A DNA stretch of 48,754 nt from a virus (IMGVR_UViG_3300018073_000007:1-48754); one strand, 5' to 3'; positions 8,667 to 18,586 are shown, counted from the first letter of the stretch. Notes: generated from the letters alone by a model not told the origin. Numbers and translations: made by a program.

Positions 8667-9935
8667 ATGGACGTACAGCGGGGGCTGCTGTCGAAGCTGA
8701 TCCACGACCAGGCCATCGCCATCGCGGTGGCCGGCAAGATCACACCGGACTTCTTCTCCGACGATCGATATCGCCGGGTCTACGAGTACCTCACCGAGCA
8801 CTGGCGTCGGTACGGCCAGCCGGCCGACCTGGAGGTGATGAAGGACAAGTTCCCCTCGTACGACTGGCCGGTGTCACCGCTGCCCTTGGCGTTCTTCCTC
8901 GACGGACTGCGTCAGCGCCGCAAGCGTTCCATCACCACCGAGATGCTGACCGAGGCCATCACCCTGCTCAACGCCACCGACGAGCCAGGCTCTCTCGACT
9001 CCATGCTCGACGTGATCAAGCAGGGCCTGCTGCAGGTGGCTCGCGAAACCAACGCCGCTCTCGACCTGGACCTCACCGACCAGCGAACAGGGCTGCTGGA
9101 CACGATGGAAGATCGGCGCTCCGATCCCGGCTACCTGCGCGGCATCCCGACCGGCTTCCAGGGCATCGACTACGTCACGGGCGGGCTGCAGCCCGAGCAG
9201 TTCGTGGTCCTGATCGGCTTGCCCAAGGCCTTCAAGAGCGCCACCCTGCTCGCCATGGCCAAGCACATCCACGCCCAGGCCAAGGTCCCGCTGTTCATCG
9301 GTTTCGAGATGTCCAACGCCGAGCAGCACGACCGCTTGATGTCTCTCTACTCCAAGGTGTCGCTCACCAAGATCCTCAACGGGACGATCAACAACCGCGA
9401 GTACAAGGCGATCGATGATGCCCTGCGGAACCTGGAGTCGATGCGCTCGTTCATCACCTCGGCCGACCTGTCGGGCATGACCATCTCGGGGCTGCAGGCC
9501 AAGATCATGGACTACCGCCCCGACGTGGTGCTCGTTGACGCGCTGTACCTCATGCGCTCCGAGACACCGAAGATCGAACAGGGGTCAGCCCAGGCGCTGA
9601 CCGAGATTGCACGCGGGTTGAAGGAACTGGCGCAGTCCCAGTCCATCCCGATCATCGGGACCACCCAGGCCACGATGACACGTTCGAAGGGCGGGCTGAC
9701 GATGTTCAGCCCCATGTACACCCAGGCGTTCGGCCAGTCGGCCGACGTCCTGCTCGGCGTCGAACGTGTCGATGAGTCCGAGTCCGACCAGTCCGCTGTC
9801 ACTATCCGAATGAAGGTGCTTGCCTCGCGTTCCGGCCCCCGTGCCGAGACGATCCTCCGCTGGGACTGGTCCCGCGGTCAGGTCAACGAGATCCCGCCGG
9901 CCGAGTTCAAGGAACCGGAGCATGCCCTCAATTGA
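8667..9935 (+). CDS. dnaB: DnaB-like replicative helicase
   Basis: GIPTGF..ID..TGGLQ, FEMS, VLVDALYLM, LKELA, QSAD and SRSG motifs. Confidence 0.93.
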   Translation: MDVQRGLLSKLIHDQAIAIAVAGKITPDFFSDDRYRRVYEYLTEHWRRYGQPADLEVMKDKFPSYDWPVSPLPLAFFLDGLRQRRKRSITTEMLTEAITLLNATDEPGSLDSMLDVIKQGLLQVARETNAALDLDLTDQRTGLLDTMEDRRSDPGYLRGIPTGFQGIDYVTGGLQPEQFVVLIGLPKAFKSATLLAMAKHIHAQAKVPLFIGFEMSNAEQHDRLMSLYSKVSLTKILNGTINNREYKAIDDALRNLESMRSFITSADLSGMTISGLQAKIMDYRPDVVLVDALYLMRSETPKIEQGSAQALTEIARGLKELAQSQSIPIIGTTQATMTRSKGGLTMFSPMYTQAFGQSADVLLGVERVDESESDQSAVTIRMKVLASRSGPRAETILRWDWSRGQVNEIPPAEFKEPEHALN

Positions 9936-10851
9936 TCTCTTCCAGGTACTAGAGGACCTCGGGGTCCAGCGTCTACGAGACGGGACGAAGGAGATATCGG
10001 GCGCGTGCCCGATGCATGAGGAACGCACGGGCAAGCCCGACGTCCACCCATCGTGGTCGATCAACAAGGTCACGTTCCTCCACCACTGCTTCGCCTGCGG
10101 CTACTCCGGCACGCTGACCGGCCTGCACACTGACATATTGGGATATGCCCCCGAAGACTTGGAGATGGATCTCAAACACCAGTCGCTGGTGCGGCGCTGG
10201 GACGAGGCCCGTGCCGAGCCGCAGAAGGTGGTGGTCCCACTCCTGCATCGGCTCACCGACTTCACCCTCTTCAACGTCTTCCGGGAGGTGCCACGCCGCT
10301 TCATGGAGCGGCGCTTTCTTCGGCGGGAGGCCCTCGACGCCTACGGAGTGAGGTACTCGGCCGACACCAAGCAGGTGGTGCTCCCGATCAGGACACCGGA
10401 CGGTGAGTTGCTCGGTGCCCAGTACCGACAGGCCGGCAGCGTGCTGACCCTCCCCGAGGGAGTCCCCAAGTCGACCACCCTGTTCGGTTACTCTCTCATC
10501 CAGTCCCATGACCAGGCAGTACTCGTTGAATCACCCCTCGATGCGGTGCGTCTCTTCGGCCTCGGGATCCCGGCTGTCGCTTCACTCGGGGCCTGGGTAT
10601 CGAAGGACCAGGCCCGCCTTCTCTCACTGGCCTTCTCGACCGTCTACCTGGCCCTCGACAACGATCAGGCCGGCCACGACGGAGCGGAGATCCTGGGGCC
10701 GATGCTGCGCCGCGGCGGCTGCGCTGTGGTCCCTTGGCGCTACGACGGCCTGGTGGATGAAGACGGTGCTGCAGCGAAGGACGTAGGCGACGTCGCTGAC
10801 GATGACATGCTCCTGGCCTCATGGGCCAGTACCCGACGCCTCGGACTGTGA
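9922..10851 (+). CDS. dnaG: DNA primase (CHC2 zinc finger + TOPRIM)
   Basis: CPMH...HCFAC; VESPLDA; LALDNDQAG; GGAG SD before ATG 9922. Confidence 0.92.
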   Translation: MPSIDLFQVLEDLGVQRLRDGTKEISGACPMHEERTGKPDVHPSWSINKVTFLHHCFACGYSGTLTGLHTDILGYAPEDLEMDLKHQSLVRRWDEARAEPQKVVVPLLHRLTDFTLFNVFREVPRRFMERRFLRREALDAYGVRYSADTKQVVLPIRTPDGELLGAQYRQAGSVLTLPEGVPKSTTLFGYSLIQSHDQAVLVESPLDAVRLFGLGIPAVASLGAWVSKDQARLLSLAFSTVYLALDNDQAGHDGAEILGPMLRRGGCAVVPWRYDGLVDEDGAAAKDVGDVADDDMLLASWASTRRLGL

Positions 10852-11291
10852 TCAACGGCGACTACGTACCGGGCACCCCCTTCAGGAATGGGGAGTCTTG
10901 CACCCTATGTCGTCAGCGCGTCCAGGTGTACCGCCGCACGCTGTATCACGTTCCAGCACGCATGCTGATCGTCCTCTACAACATCGACCCGTTCGATTAC
11001 AGCTACGTCCCGCCGCTCTGCCTCAGATACAACCTGCCAGGCGGTGACGCCACGATGAGTCATCACTGGGGGCTGATCGAAGCGCAACCAGGCGAGCGTG
11101 CAGATGGCTCCAACCGTGTCGGCTTCTGGCGGCTCACCAGGGACGGGCGTGACTTCGTCACCGACACGGTCGACGTGGAGAAGTACGCCTTCGTGTACAA
11201 CCAGGAGTGTCTTTCTCTAGGAGGTCCAGTGTGGACCATCCGTAACGCTCTGGGCACCAGGTTCAACTACGAGGAGTTGATGGGTGGGTAG
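10848..11291 (+). CDS. Hypothetical protein (CxxC + winged-helix-like)
   Basis: GTGA overlap; HWGLIE...GFWRLTRDG. Confidence 0.7.
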   Translation: MINGDYVPGTPFRNGESCTLCRQRVQVYRRTLYHVPARMLIVLYNIDPFDYSYVPPLCLRYNLPGGDATMSHHWGLIEAQPGERADGSNRVGFWRLTRDGRDFVTDTVDVEKYAFVYNQECLSLGGPVWTIRNALGTRFNYEELMGG

Positions 11292-11300
11292 AGTGACACA

Positions 11301-11567
11301 ATGGTGATCACCAAGCTGGAAGCGAACGACGACGGCACGTACACGGCGGTCTACGAGTGGGTCATCCACCGTTTCCTCCTGGACGACGGCCGCACCATCG
11401 ACGTCCACGCTCCCTACGACGACTCGGTCCTGCGGGAGGCGGTGCGGAAGCACGCTGGTGCCAAGGCCATCGTCGGCGTAGCCCACGTCAAGCCCGAGCC
11501 GCCGCCCATCATCGCCCCGGCCAAGCGGGTGCCGGCGAAGAAGATCGGCCAGCGGCGGGCAGGCTAG
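11301..11567 (+). CDS. Hypothetical protein (probably leaderless)
   Basis: TAGAGT 6 nt before ATG; typical codon usage. Confidence 0.7.
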   Translation: MVITKLEANDDGTYTAVYEWVIHRFLLDDGRTIDVHAPYDDSVLREAVRKHAGAKAIVGVAHVKPEPPPIIAPAKRVPAKKIGQRRAG

Positions 11568-11571
11568 AGCC

Positions 11572-13119
11572 ATGGACCTTCGGCCCTACCAGGTGGAGGG
11601 GGTCGACCGCATCCTGGAGCGGCACTGCATGCTGCTGGCGATGGTGATGGGGTCGGGCAAGACCGTCACCTCGGCGGTCGCCGTGCGCCGGCTGCGTCAG
11701 CAGCGGGTGGTGACCAACGGAGCGGTGTTCGCCCTGAAGTCCACCAAGTACCAGTGGGTCCGGGAGATCGCCAAGGTCGACCCCCGAGCCAGGGTCCAGG
11801 TGATCGAAGGCGACAAGCGCCAGCGGATATCGGGATATCGCCGCGCCCACCTGTTCAACTACACGATCCTCCACTACCAGTGCCTTGTGCATGACTGGGA
11901 GGAGATCAAGGAGCTACTGCCGGTCGACTTCCTCATCTTTGATGAGGTCACAGCGTTGAAGGGCTTCGCCTCCAAGACCTCCAAGCGGTCGAAGGTCCTG
12001 TCCAAGAAATCCACAGTGCGCCTCGGACTCTCTGGACAACCTGTGGAGAACCGGCCCGAGGAGCTTTACTCGTTGATGGAGGCGATCGATCCTTCGGTGC
12101 TGGGCACCTTCGGCCTCTTCGATCGCACGTTCATCGTGCGCGATGGCTGGGGGAGGCCTACTCGCTACCGCAACCTTCACCTGCTCGCCGGCCGGCTGGG
12201 GCCGGCGATGTTCCGCAGGACCCGCGAGGACATCGCTGAGTGGCTCCCCGAGAAGATCGACATGGAGATGCCAGTCGTCCTCGACCGCGTCACCATGCGC
12301 CTCCACGACATCGTGCGGCGGGACCTGAGCGAGGCACTGGACAAGGCCATCGCTGCCGGCATCGGTGGGTACTTCGACGTCAACGCCCACTACGGCCACG
12401 CCCCTGCCGAGGGCAGCGAGGCACTGGGTGCGGTGATGAGCCGCCTGCTCGCCATGCGGATGCTCTCCAGCCACCCACGCCTGCTGCGCTGGTCGGCCGA
12501 CGAGTTCGACTCCCCCCTCACCAAGATGGGGAGCCAGTACGCCAACGAGATGAAGCAGGCCGGCCTGCTGGACAACCTCCCCCTGGAGAACGCCAAGCTG
12601 GACGCCCTGGTGGAGACGGTTAGTGAAATCCTCCACGAAGCCCCTGATCACAAGGTCGTGATCTTCTCGTTCTTCAAGCCGATGCTGGCGATGATCGGCC
12701 AGGCCTTCGTCAAGCTGAAGATCCCCTTCACCACCCTGACCGGCGACATCACCTCGGCCCAGGAGAGGGACCGCCGCATCGAACGGTTCAACAACGACCC
12801 GGCCTGCCGCATCTTCCTGTCCTCTGACGCCGGGGCCTACGGCATCAGCCTCGGCAAGGGGAGCCACCTCATCAGCTACGACCTCCCCTGGTCGGCCGGC
12901 GCGCTGGCCCAGCGGGTCGCCCGCATCGACCGCACCGACTCGGCCTTCAAGCAGATCCGCATCGTCTACATGTACGGCCAGGGCACGATCGAGCAGCGCA
13001 TGTACGAGATGCTCCAGCAGAAGGCCAAGGTCGCCCGGGCCTTCATCGACGGCGAGTTCGACAAGGGCGGCGTGCTGAAACTGGACCTCCAGTCCCTGCG
13101 GGAGTTCCTCGACGGCTAG
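11572..13119 (+). CDS. SNF2-family helicase
   Basis: LRPYQ, MGSGKT, DEVT, SGQPVEN, YDLPW and QRVARIDR motifs. Confidence 0.92.
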   Translation: MDLRPYQVEGVDRILERHCMLLAMVMGSGKTVTSAVAVRRLRQQRVVTNGAVFALKSTKYQWVREIAKVDPRARVQVIEGDKRQRISGYRRAHLFNYTILHYQCLVHDWEEIKELLPVDFLIFDEVTALKGFASKTSKRSKVLSKKSTVRLGLSGQPVENRPEELYSLMEAIDPSVLGTFGLFDRTFIVRDGWGRPTRYRNLHLLAGRLGPAMFRRTREDIAEWLPEKIDMEMPVVLDRVTMRLHDIVRRDLSEALDKAIAAGIGGYFDVNAHYGHAPAEGSEALGAVMSRLLAMRMLSSHPRLLRWSADEFDSPLTKMGSQYANEMKQAGLLDNLPLENAKLDALVETVSEILHEAPDHKVVIFSFFKPMLAMIGQAFVKLKIPFTTLTGDITSAQERDRRIERFNNDPACRIFLSSDAGAYGISLGKGSHLISYDLPWSAGALAQRVARIDRTDSAFKQIRIVYMYGQGTIEQRMYEMLQQKAKVARAFIDGEFDKGGVLKLDLQSLREFLDG

Positions 13120-13122
13120 AAG

Positions 13123-13151
13123 TTGATTCCTGCCCACTTGTGCCCTAGAAT
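13123..13151 (+). promoter_or_regulatory. SigA-type promoter for a leaderless gene
   Basis: TTGATT-17 nt-TAGAAT, 6 nt before ATG 13158. Confidence 0.7.
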
Positions 13152-13157
13152 GGTGGC

Positions 13158-13643
13158 ATGCCAACCAAGCGCCCGCGACAATCCACCCTCGACCTAGAGA
13201 CAGAGGTAGGCGACTACCTGCAGAACCGGTCGATGCGCGAGCGCTCCGAGTACCGCGAGAAGAAGGGCAAGGAAGCCCTCATGGGCGTCCTAGAGCAGGC
13301 CGGCGAGCTACAGGAGGGTGGTCACCGCATTCTCCGACTGACCGAGCCGGTGCCCTACGCCGAGTACAAGGGCGGCAAGGCCAAGGACCGCAAGGTCACG
13401 GCCATCCGCCGCGTCCGTCGCTCATCCCAGCGGCTCAACGAGGTCGCTGCCATGGCGCTGTTGACACGCAAGAACCTCCTGGCGGAATGCACCCGCACCG
13501 AGGTGGTGCTGGACGAGGACGCACTGCTCGCTGCCATCTTCGAAGGCAAGCTGACCGACGCCGAGGCGTCTTCGATCTACGACGAGAGCGAGAACTTCGC
13601 CTTCTTCCTGGTCGATGACGACGACCCCGACGACGCTGACTAA
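13158..13643 (+). CDS. Hypothetical protein
   Basis: Long ORF with phage codon usage; acidic C-terminus. Confidence 0.8.
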   Translation: MPTKRPRQSTLDLETEVGDYLQNRSMRERSEYREKKGKEALMGVLEQAGELQEGGHRILRLTEPVPYAEYKGGKAKDRKVTAIRRVRRSSQRLNEVAAMALLTRKNLLAECTRTEVVLDEDALLAAIFEGKLTDAEASSIYDESENFAFFLVDDDDPDDAD

Positions 13644-13672
13644 CACCCCCCAAGCTCCCGAAAGGAGGAACC

Positions 13673-13861
13673 ATGCCCCGTCCCAAGACCTACGACACCG
13701 AGCGCGTGCAGATCCAGGTGCGCCTGCCGGCACCCCTGTTGGCACGCCTGGACAAGGAGGCGAACCGTCGCGTCGTCTCCAAGACCCTCCTGGTCGAGCG
13801 CGCTCTGGAGATCTCGCTTGACGAATGGGAGGACGAGAAGAGTCTTGCCTCTAGTTACTAA
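13673..13861 (+). CDS. Ribbon-helix-helix DNA-binding protein
   Basis: IQVRLP..L..RLD..A.....SKT.LV..AL pattern; GGAGG SD. Confidence 0.8.
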   Translation: MPRPKTYDTERVQIQVRLPAPLLARLDKEANRRVVSKTLLVERALEISLDEWEDEKSLASSY

Positions 13862-13874
13862 CGTGGGGTAGTGT
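13845..13874 (+). promoter_or_regulatory. SigA-type promoter
   Basis: TTGCCT-18 nt-TAGTGT. Confidence 0.5.
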
Positions 13875-13908
13875 CACACTCCCGTGACCACACCTACGAG
13901 GTAACACA

Positions 13909-14256
13909 TTGAGCGAGACGATCTCTGATCTGGAAGGCCTCCTTGGGGAGGCCTTCCAGACCACCGTCGACCATGAGCACCAGGGCTACCTGCGCTGCAA
14001 CACGTTGGGCCATTCGTGGTTCGACTACGACAGCAACTGGACACCCATGTTCGGAGTCCCCCTCACCCTGCGCTGTGAGCGCTGTGGGATGGAGCGGCGG
14101 GACTCGATCAACCACTACGGCGAACTGCTCAATCGCCACTACACCCGGCCCCCCGGCTACCAGTACGCCAAGGGCACCCGTCCGACGCGCAGTGAGTTCC
14201 GCGTCATGCTCATCACCCAGCGCATCGCTGAGTCCAAGAAGCGTCGTCGCAAGTGA
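13909..14256 (+). CDS. Zn-binding hypothetical protein
   Basis: CNTLGHSW...CERCG; TTG start. Confidence 0.7.
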   Translation: MSETISDLEGLLGEAFQTTVDHEHQGYLRCNTLGHSWFDYDSNWTPMFGVPLTLRCERCGMERRDSINHYGELLNRHYTRPPGYQYAKGTRPTRSEFRVMLITQRIAESKKRRRK

Positions 14257-14660
14257 GCAGCAACTACCTCAACGTCCCGGAGCAGCTTCCCTGCCCGCAT
14301 TGCGATCGGGTGTTCCCCAACGCCCAGGCCCTGTCCGGGCACGCCATGTCCCACGTCGCAGCCGACCCCTGCCCGGAGTGCGGACGCGACGACTTCAAGT
14401 CCAAGAACGCCCAGTCCCGTCACCGCTCCCAGGAGCACGGCGTGGTGCCGGCGTACCGTGCCGGCAAGCCGGCGAGCAACGGCAAGATCGGCCGGCCTCG
14501 GCTGGCTCGCGTCGACACCGAGGTGTCTGCCGATGACATCTTCCAGTCTGTCGTACAGTCGCTGTACCCCGGGGGACAGATGCCGACCTGGGCCATGACC
14601 CCACTGGTGCAGTGGCGTGAGGCCACCCGAGCAATGCTGGAGCGCGTACAGAGTGAGTGA
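14253..14660 (+). CDS. Protein with two C2H2 zinc fingers
   Basis: CPHC..F.....L..H...H and CPEC...F........H....H. Confidence 0.8.
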   Translation: MSSNYLNVPEQLPCPHCDRVFPNAQALSGHAMSHVAADPCPECGRDDFKSKNAQSRHRSQEHGVVPAYRAGKPASNGKIGRPRLARVDTEVSADDIFQSVVQSLYPGGQMPTWAMTPLVQWREATRAMLERVQSE

Positions 14661-15117
14661 CTCGTCGGTCGACCGTCTCTTTGGTGACCTGGACTACCCC
14701 GGCCGGCGCAAGCCGGTCAACCGTGGCAAGAAGGAGACGACCCCCACCGATAGCCCGATATGGGATGGACACCCCACCGATGGGGTGGTAGAGGGCAAGG
14801 TCGTCCAGTTCTTCCCCATCTCAGCGCTCGCCAAGGCGCTGGGCTACAGCCAGAACTCGATCCGTCTGTGGGAGACGCAGGGCCTGCTCCCTCGGTCCCC
14901 GTACCGGTCCCAGCCCACCCGGGCCAAGCCGGGTGCGAAACATCCGACGAAGGGGCGTCGGTTGTGGACACGGGAGCAGATCGAATGTATCCTTCGGCTC
15001 GCTGACAAGCACAAGGTGATCCTCAACAGGCACCCACCGACACGCTCGTTCGCACTTGAAGTAGGCCAAGCGTTCGCTGCGCTCCAGGCCGATCACGACA
15101 CATCGAAATCGAGGTAG
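14653..15117 (+). CDS. MerR-like HTH DNA-binding protein
   Basis: ISALAKALGYSQNSIRLWETQGLLP...RRLWT. Confidence 0.8.
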   Translation: MSDSSVDRLFGDLDYPGRRKPVNRGKKETTPTDSPIWDGHPTDGVVEGKVVQFFPISALAKALGYSQNSIRLWETQGLLPRSPYRSQPTRAKPGAKHPTKGRRLWTREQIECILRLADKHKVILNRHPPTRSFALEVGQAFAALQADHDTSKSR

Positions 15118-15122
15118 CTCAC

Positions 15123-15848
15123 ATGCCATCCAAGCGACCCCCAGCCCCGCCGACCCTCGCGGAGCCGCCTGAAGAGGACGACGAGTCCTCACAACCGCCT
15201 CGCAAGCGTGCGGCTGACCGGTCCTCGCCTCCTGCTGGGGGTGATGCTCACGACGCCCTGCGTGGTGGTTGGGGCGGCTCCCAAGAGGTGATGGACTCCA
15301 CGTCCACCTTCGCCCAGGGCTTCCGCCCCGAGGAGCGCAGCCAGATCATCGCCTTCGCGGAAGAGGCCCCGTACATCGCGTATCGCCGGCACTGGGTCGA
15401 CCGCCAGACCAAGGAGGGCAAGAGCACCCGCTCGTACGTGTGCCTGCAGACGGTGGGCGAGGAGTGCCCGCTGTGCGAGGTGGGCGTGCGTCCCCAGGCA
15501 GTGTCGGCCTTCAACGTATTCCTCCTCGACGCCAACGGCGACATCTCGCTGAAGTCCTGGGATGTGGGGGCACGCCTGTTCGGTGTGCTGAAGTCCTACG
15601 CCAACGACGCCAAGATCGGGCCGCTGACCAAGGGCTTCTTCCTGGTGAACAAGTCGGGCCAGAAGCAGTCGACGCAGTACAACGTCAGCCCCATCAAGCG
15701 CACCGCGTTGACCGAGGACTACGACACCCCGGTCCCCGACGAGGATCGCTTGAAGTCGTTCAAGCTGTACGACAAGACGGTCCTGCAGATCCCTCCTCGC
15801 AAGGAGTTGAAGGAGATCGCAGACGAGATGATGGACGACTACGAGTAG
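15123..15848 (+). CDS. Single-stranded DNA-binding protein, T4 gp32-like
   Basis: HWV..C...CPLC zinc site, OB-like core, acidic tail; adjacent to polA. Confidence 0.7.
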   Translation: MPSKRPPAPPTLAEPPEEDDESSQPPRKRAADRSSPPAGGDAHDALRGGWGGSQEVMDSTSTFAQGFRPEERSQIIAFAEEAPYIAYRRHWVDRQTKEGKSTRSYVCLQTVGEECPLCEVGVRPQAVSAFNVFLLDANGDISLKSWDVGARLFGVLKSYANDAKIGPLTKGFFLVNKSGQKQSTQYNVSPIKRTALTEDYDTPVPDEDRLKSFKLYDKTVLQIPPRKELKEIADEMMDDYE

Positions 15849-17880
15849 GTATCCGCACGTCCTTCTCACCGCGGAGGAAGTCAGGGGGGCTGTCGACCTC
15901 CTCCGCGGTGAGTCGATGTTCGTCATCGACCTGGAGACGACTGGCCTCGACACCCAGACCAACGAGATGGTGTGGTGCGGCCTCGGCTGCACCGCCCAGT
16001 CGTTCCTGATCCCCTGCGGTCACCCCAAGGGGGTCAGGCTCACGGTGGGAGGCAAGGCCAAGACGCCGGCCTCGGTGCTTTGGAACGACGAGCGCGGCCT
16101 GACCCCGACCGGCAAGCCGTCGATGCGGATGGTCGAGCACGTTGTGCCGGCGACCTACGCCCCGCCACCCAAGCAGCTGTTCCCCTACCAGGTGGCCGAG
16201 TTGATCGAACCCCTGCTGTTCAGCGACCGGGCGAAGCTCAACCACCACCTGAAGTTCGACCTGGAGACGATCGCCAAGTACTACGGCAAGATCCCACCTG
16301 GTCCCTACCACGACACCCTCGTTGTGCAGCACGTCATCGATGAGTCACTCCCTCAGTACGGGCTGAAGGAGTTGACGATCGACTGGTTCCAGCCGAAGGA
16401 CCGCAAGAAGTGGTACCCGTCGATGGGCAAGGCCGGCATCGAACGCTTCGGCCTGGATGAGATCGCCTCGTACCTCAACAAGGACCTCACCTACACCCGG
16501 TACCTCTTCACCAGGCTGTGGCCCAAGCTGATCCGCCGCGGCCTGCTGAAGGTCTACGACTTCGAAATGAGCATGTACCCGGTGCTCATGGACATGGAGT
16601 CGGCCGGCTTCCCGATCGACCTCACCGCGATGGAGAAGGTGGGCGTCGAGTTGACCGACTCCATCGCCCGGATCGAGAAGGAGGTGGGCGAGTTGATCGG
16701 TGACGAGATCCCGATGACCAACCTCGCCACCAAGCGCTACGTCCTGTTCGGTGAGGTGGAGAAGGGCAAGGAGACGCCGGTCGGTGTCAACGGTCACCCA
16801 TTGGAGCCTCAGGGCCTGGTCCCCCTCAATCGCACAGCCAAGACTGACGTCGCCCAGGTGAACAAGGCGGTGCTGGAGCGCTACGCCAACAGCAACGAGG
16901 TGGCCCGCCTGTTCCTGGAGTGGTCGGCCTACGAGAAGCTGCGCGGCACCTTCGTCGTCGGCTTCGACAAGTACCTGTCGCGCCGGGACTCCGACCTGCC
17001 CCGGCTGCACACCAGCTTCAAGCAGCACGGCACGGTGACCGGCAGGTTCTCAGCGGAGAAGCCCAACCTCCACCAGATCCCGAAGTCTTCGGTCATTCGC
17101 GAGTTGTTCATCGCCGGTCCAGGTCACGTCCTCATCGTGGCCGACTACGACCAGATCGAACTGCGCGTGGCCGGCTACGAGTCGGGCGACCCCAACATGC
17201 TGGTCGTCTTCAAGCGGGGTGACGACGTCCACAAGCAGGCCGCGGCAGCCATGTGGAACATCCCCCTCACCAAGGTCACCGACGAGCAGCGGGCGGTCGG
17301 CAAGACCCAGAACTTCGCCATCATCTACGGGGCCGGCGTCAACAAGATCGCCTACGTGGCCAAGTGCTCCAAGCGTCGGGCGCAGAAGCTCATCGACGGC
17401 TACTACGAGATGTTCGGCGGGCTGGAACCCTGGAAGAAGCGGGTGCTGTACGAGGCCCGTGACCGTTGCGACCCGACCAGCCCCTCGACCGACCCACCTA
17501 CGATCATCATCCCCCCCTTCGGCAGGCTGCGCCGGCTCCCTGACCTGATGAACTACTACAAGGGCGAGGAGTGGATGCGCTGGCGGGCCGAGCGCCAGGC
17601 CATCAACGCCCTCGTACAGGGGTTCGCCAGCTACATCACCAAGATGGCGATGCTGGACATGCACAAGTGGATATCGGGATATCCAGCGCAGATGGTGCTG
17701 CAGGTACACGACGAGATCATCGTGCGGTGCGAGGAGGCCTACGCCGAGGAGGTCCTCGGGCTGGTGTCCCACACCATGTCCAACGTCCGTGCTCTCGACG
17801 GGTCACCCATCCTGGGCGAGGTCCCGCTTATCGTTTCCAGCAAGGTCGGGTACTCCTGGGCTGCAGCGAAGGGGAAATGA
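15841..17880 (+). CDS. polA: DNA polymerase I (family A, 3'-5' exonuclease + polymerase); first ATG at 15916, probable true start ACG 15841
   Basis: DLETTG, TGRFS, PNLHQIP, ADYDQIELR, KTQNFAIIYG and QVHDE motifs. Confidence 0.93.
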   Translation, partial: TSRYPHVLLTAEEVRGAVDLLRGESMFVIDLETTGLDTQTNEMVWCGLGCTAQSFLIPCGHPKGVRLTVGGKAKTPASVLWNDERGLTPTGKPSMRMVEHVVPATYAPPPKQLFPYQVAELIEPLLFSDRAKLNHHLKFDLETIAKYYGKIPPGPYHDTLVVQHVIDESLPQYGLKELTIDWFQPKDRKKWYPSMGKAGIERFGLDEIASYLNKDLTYTRYLFTRLWPKLIRRGLLKVYDFEMSMYPVLMDMESAGFPIDLTAMEKVGVELTDSIARIEKEVGELIGDEIPMTNLATKRYVLFGEVEKGKETPVGVNGHPLEPQGLVPLNRTAKTDVAQVNKAVLERYANSNEVARLFLEWSAYEKLRGTFVVGFDKYLSRRDSDLPRLHTSFKQHGTVTGRFSAEKPNLHQIPKSSVIRELFIAGPGHVLIVADYDQIELRVAGYESGDPNMLVVFKRGDDVHKQAAAAMWNIPLTKVTDEQRAVGKTQNFAIIYGAGVNKIAYVAKCSKRRAQKLIDGYYEMFGGLEPWKKRVLYEARDRCDPTSPSTDPPTIIIPPFGRLRRLPDLMNYYKGEEWMRWRAERQAINALVQGFASYITKMAMLDMHKWISGYPAQMVLQVHDEIIVRCEEAYAEEVLGLVSHTMSNVRALDGSPILGEVPLIVSSKVGYSWAAAKGK

Positions 17881-17895
17881 GTTACTATCATCACC

Positions 17896-18096
17896 ATGCC
17901 AACTCAGGTGCAAGTGGCGACCGTGGCTGATCAGATCATCGGCCTTGCCGATGACTACGCCCGCTCGATCATCTCCACTGCTCTCAATCCTGCCGGCCTC
18001 ACGGCCCAGGATCTGCAGGAGCGTGTCTCTGGTGCCATGTTGATCTTCCTCTCCGATGCCATGGCCCTGGCAACAGTGGCCGAAGCTCTGGCATGA
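17896..18096 (+). CDS. Small hypothetical protein (probably leaderless)
   Basis: TACTAT 7 nt before ATG; ATGA overlap downstream. Confidence 0.6.
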   Translation: MPTQVQVATVADQIIGLADDYARSIISTALNPAGLTAQDLQERVSGAMLIFLSDAMALATVAEALA

Positions 18097-18476
18097 GCGA
18101 TTCCTCCGGGTGGTACGCCCGCAAGTTCGGCGGGCAGCGCCAGCAGCCGGCGCGCCCCCAGCCCCAGCAGCCTCCTCCTGGCTATGTCCCGGGTGGCTAC
18201 CCACAGAACCAGCAGTTCCAGCAGCCGCAGCAGCAGGTTCAGCAGGCACCGCCCAAGGTGACGATCGACAACCTGTGGGGGGCGATGACGACCTGGCGGG
18301 GCGGCAAGGCCCACAAGATCGACGCCGAGCCGTGCCCTGAGTGCGGGAGCAACCGCTACTACAGCAGGACCGGGGAGGGCGTTCGTCGCGGCCCTCCACC
18401 GGCTCCGCACTGCTTCGACTGCGGGTACAACGGGATGTTCCAGCAGGGGATGGCCTCGTCCTGGCAACCCGGCTGA
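18093..18476 (+). CDS. Gln/Pro-rich protein with zinc ribbon
   Basis: QP-rich N-half; CPECG...HCFDCG. Confidence 0.8.
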   Translation: MSDSSGWYARKFGGQRQQPARPQPQQPPPGYVPGGYPQNQQFQQPQQQVQQAPPKVTIDNLWGAMTTWRGGKAHKIDAEPCPECGSNRYYSRTGEGVRRGPPPAPHCFDCGYNGMFQQGMASSWQPG

Positions 18477-18493
18477 AATAACACATTCATGAG

Positions 18494-18586
18494 TTGCGTA
18501 TCCGCCTACGCTTCGATAACTTTGGCACCGAAGACGGGTGAGGGAGAGCGACGGCGGAAGCTGCTCCTTCACCCGTCCTTTCTGTT
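18494..18586 (+). promoter_or_regulatory. recA promoter and structured leader
   Basis: TTGCGT-17 nt-TAACTT; 12-bp stem 18533-18544/18566-18577 followed by CTTTCTGTT. Confidence 0.55.

Noticed and set aside
18541-18570. SRP RNA-like GGAA loop
   Set aside because: Lacks the conserved CAGG...AGCAG internal loop.
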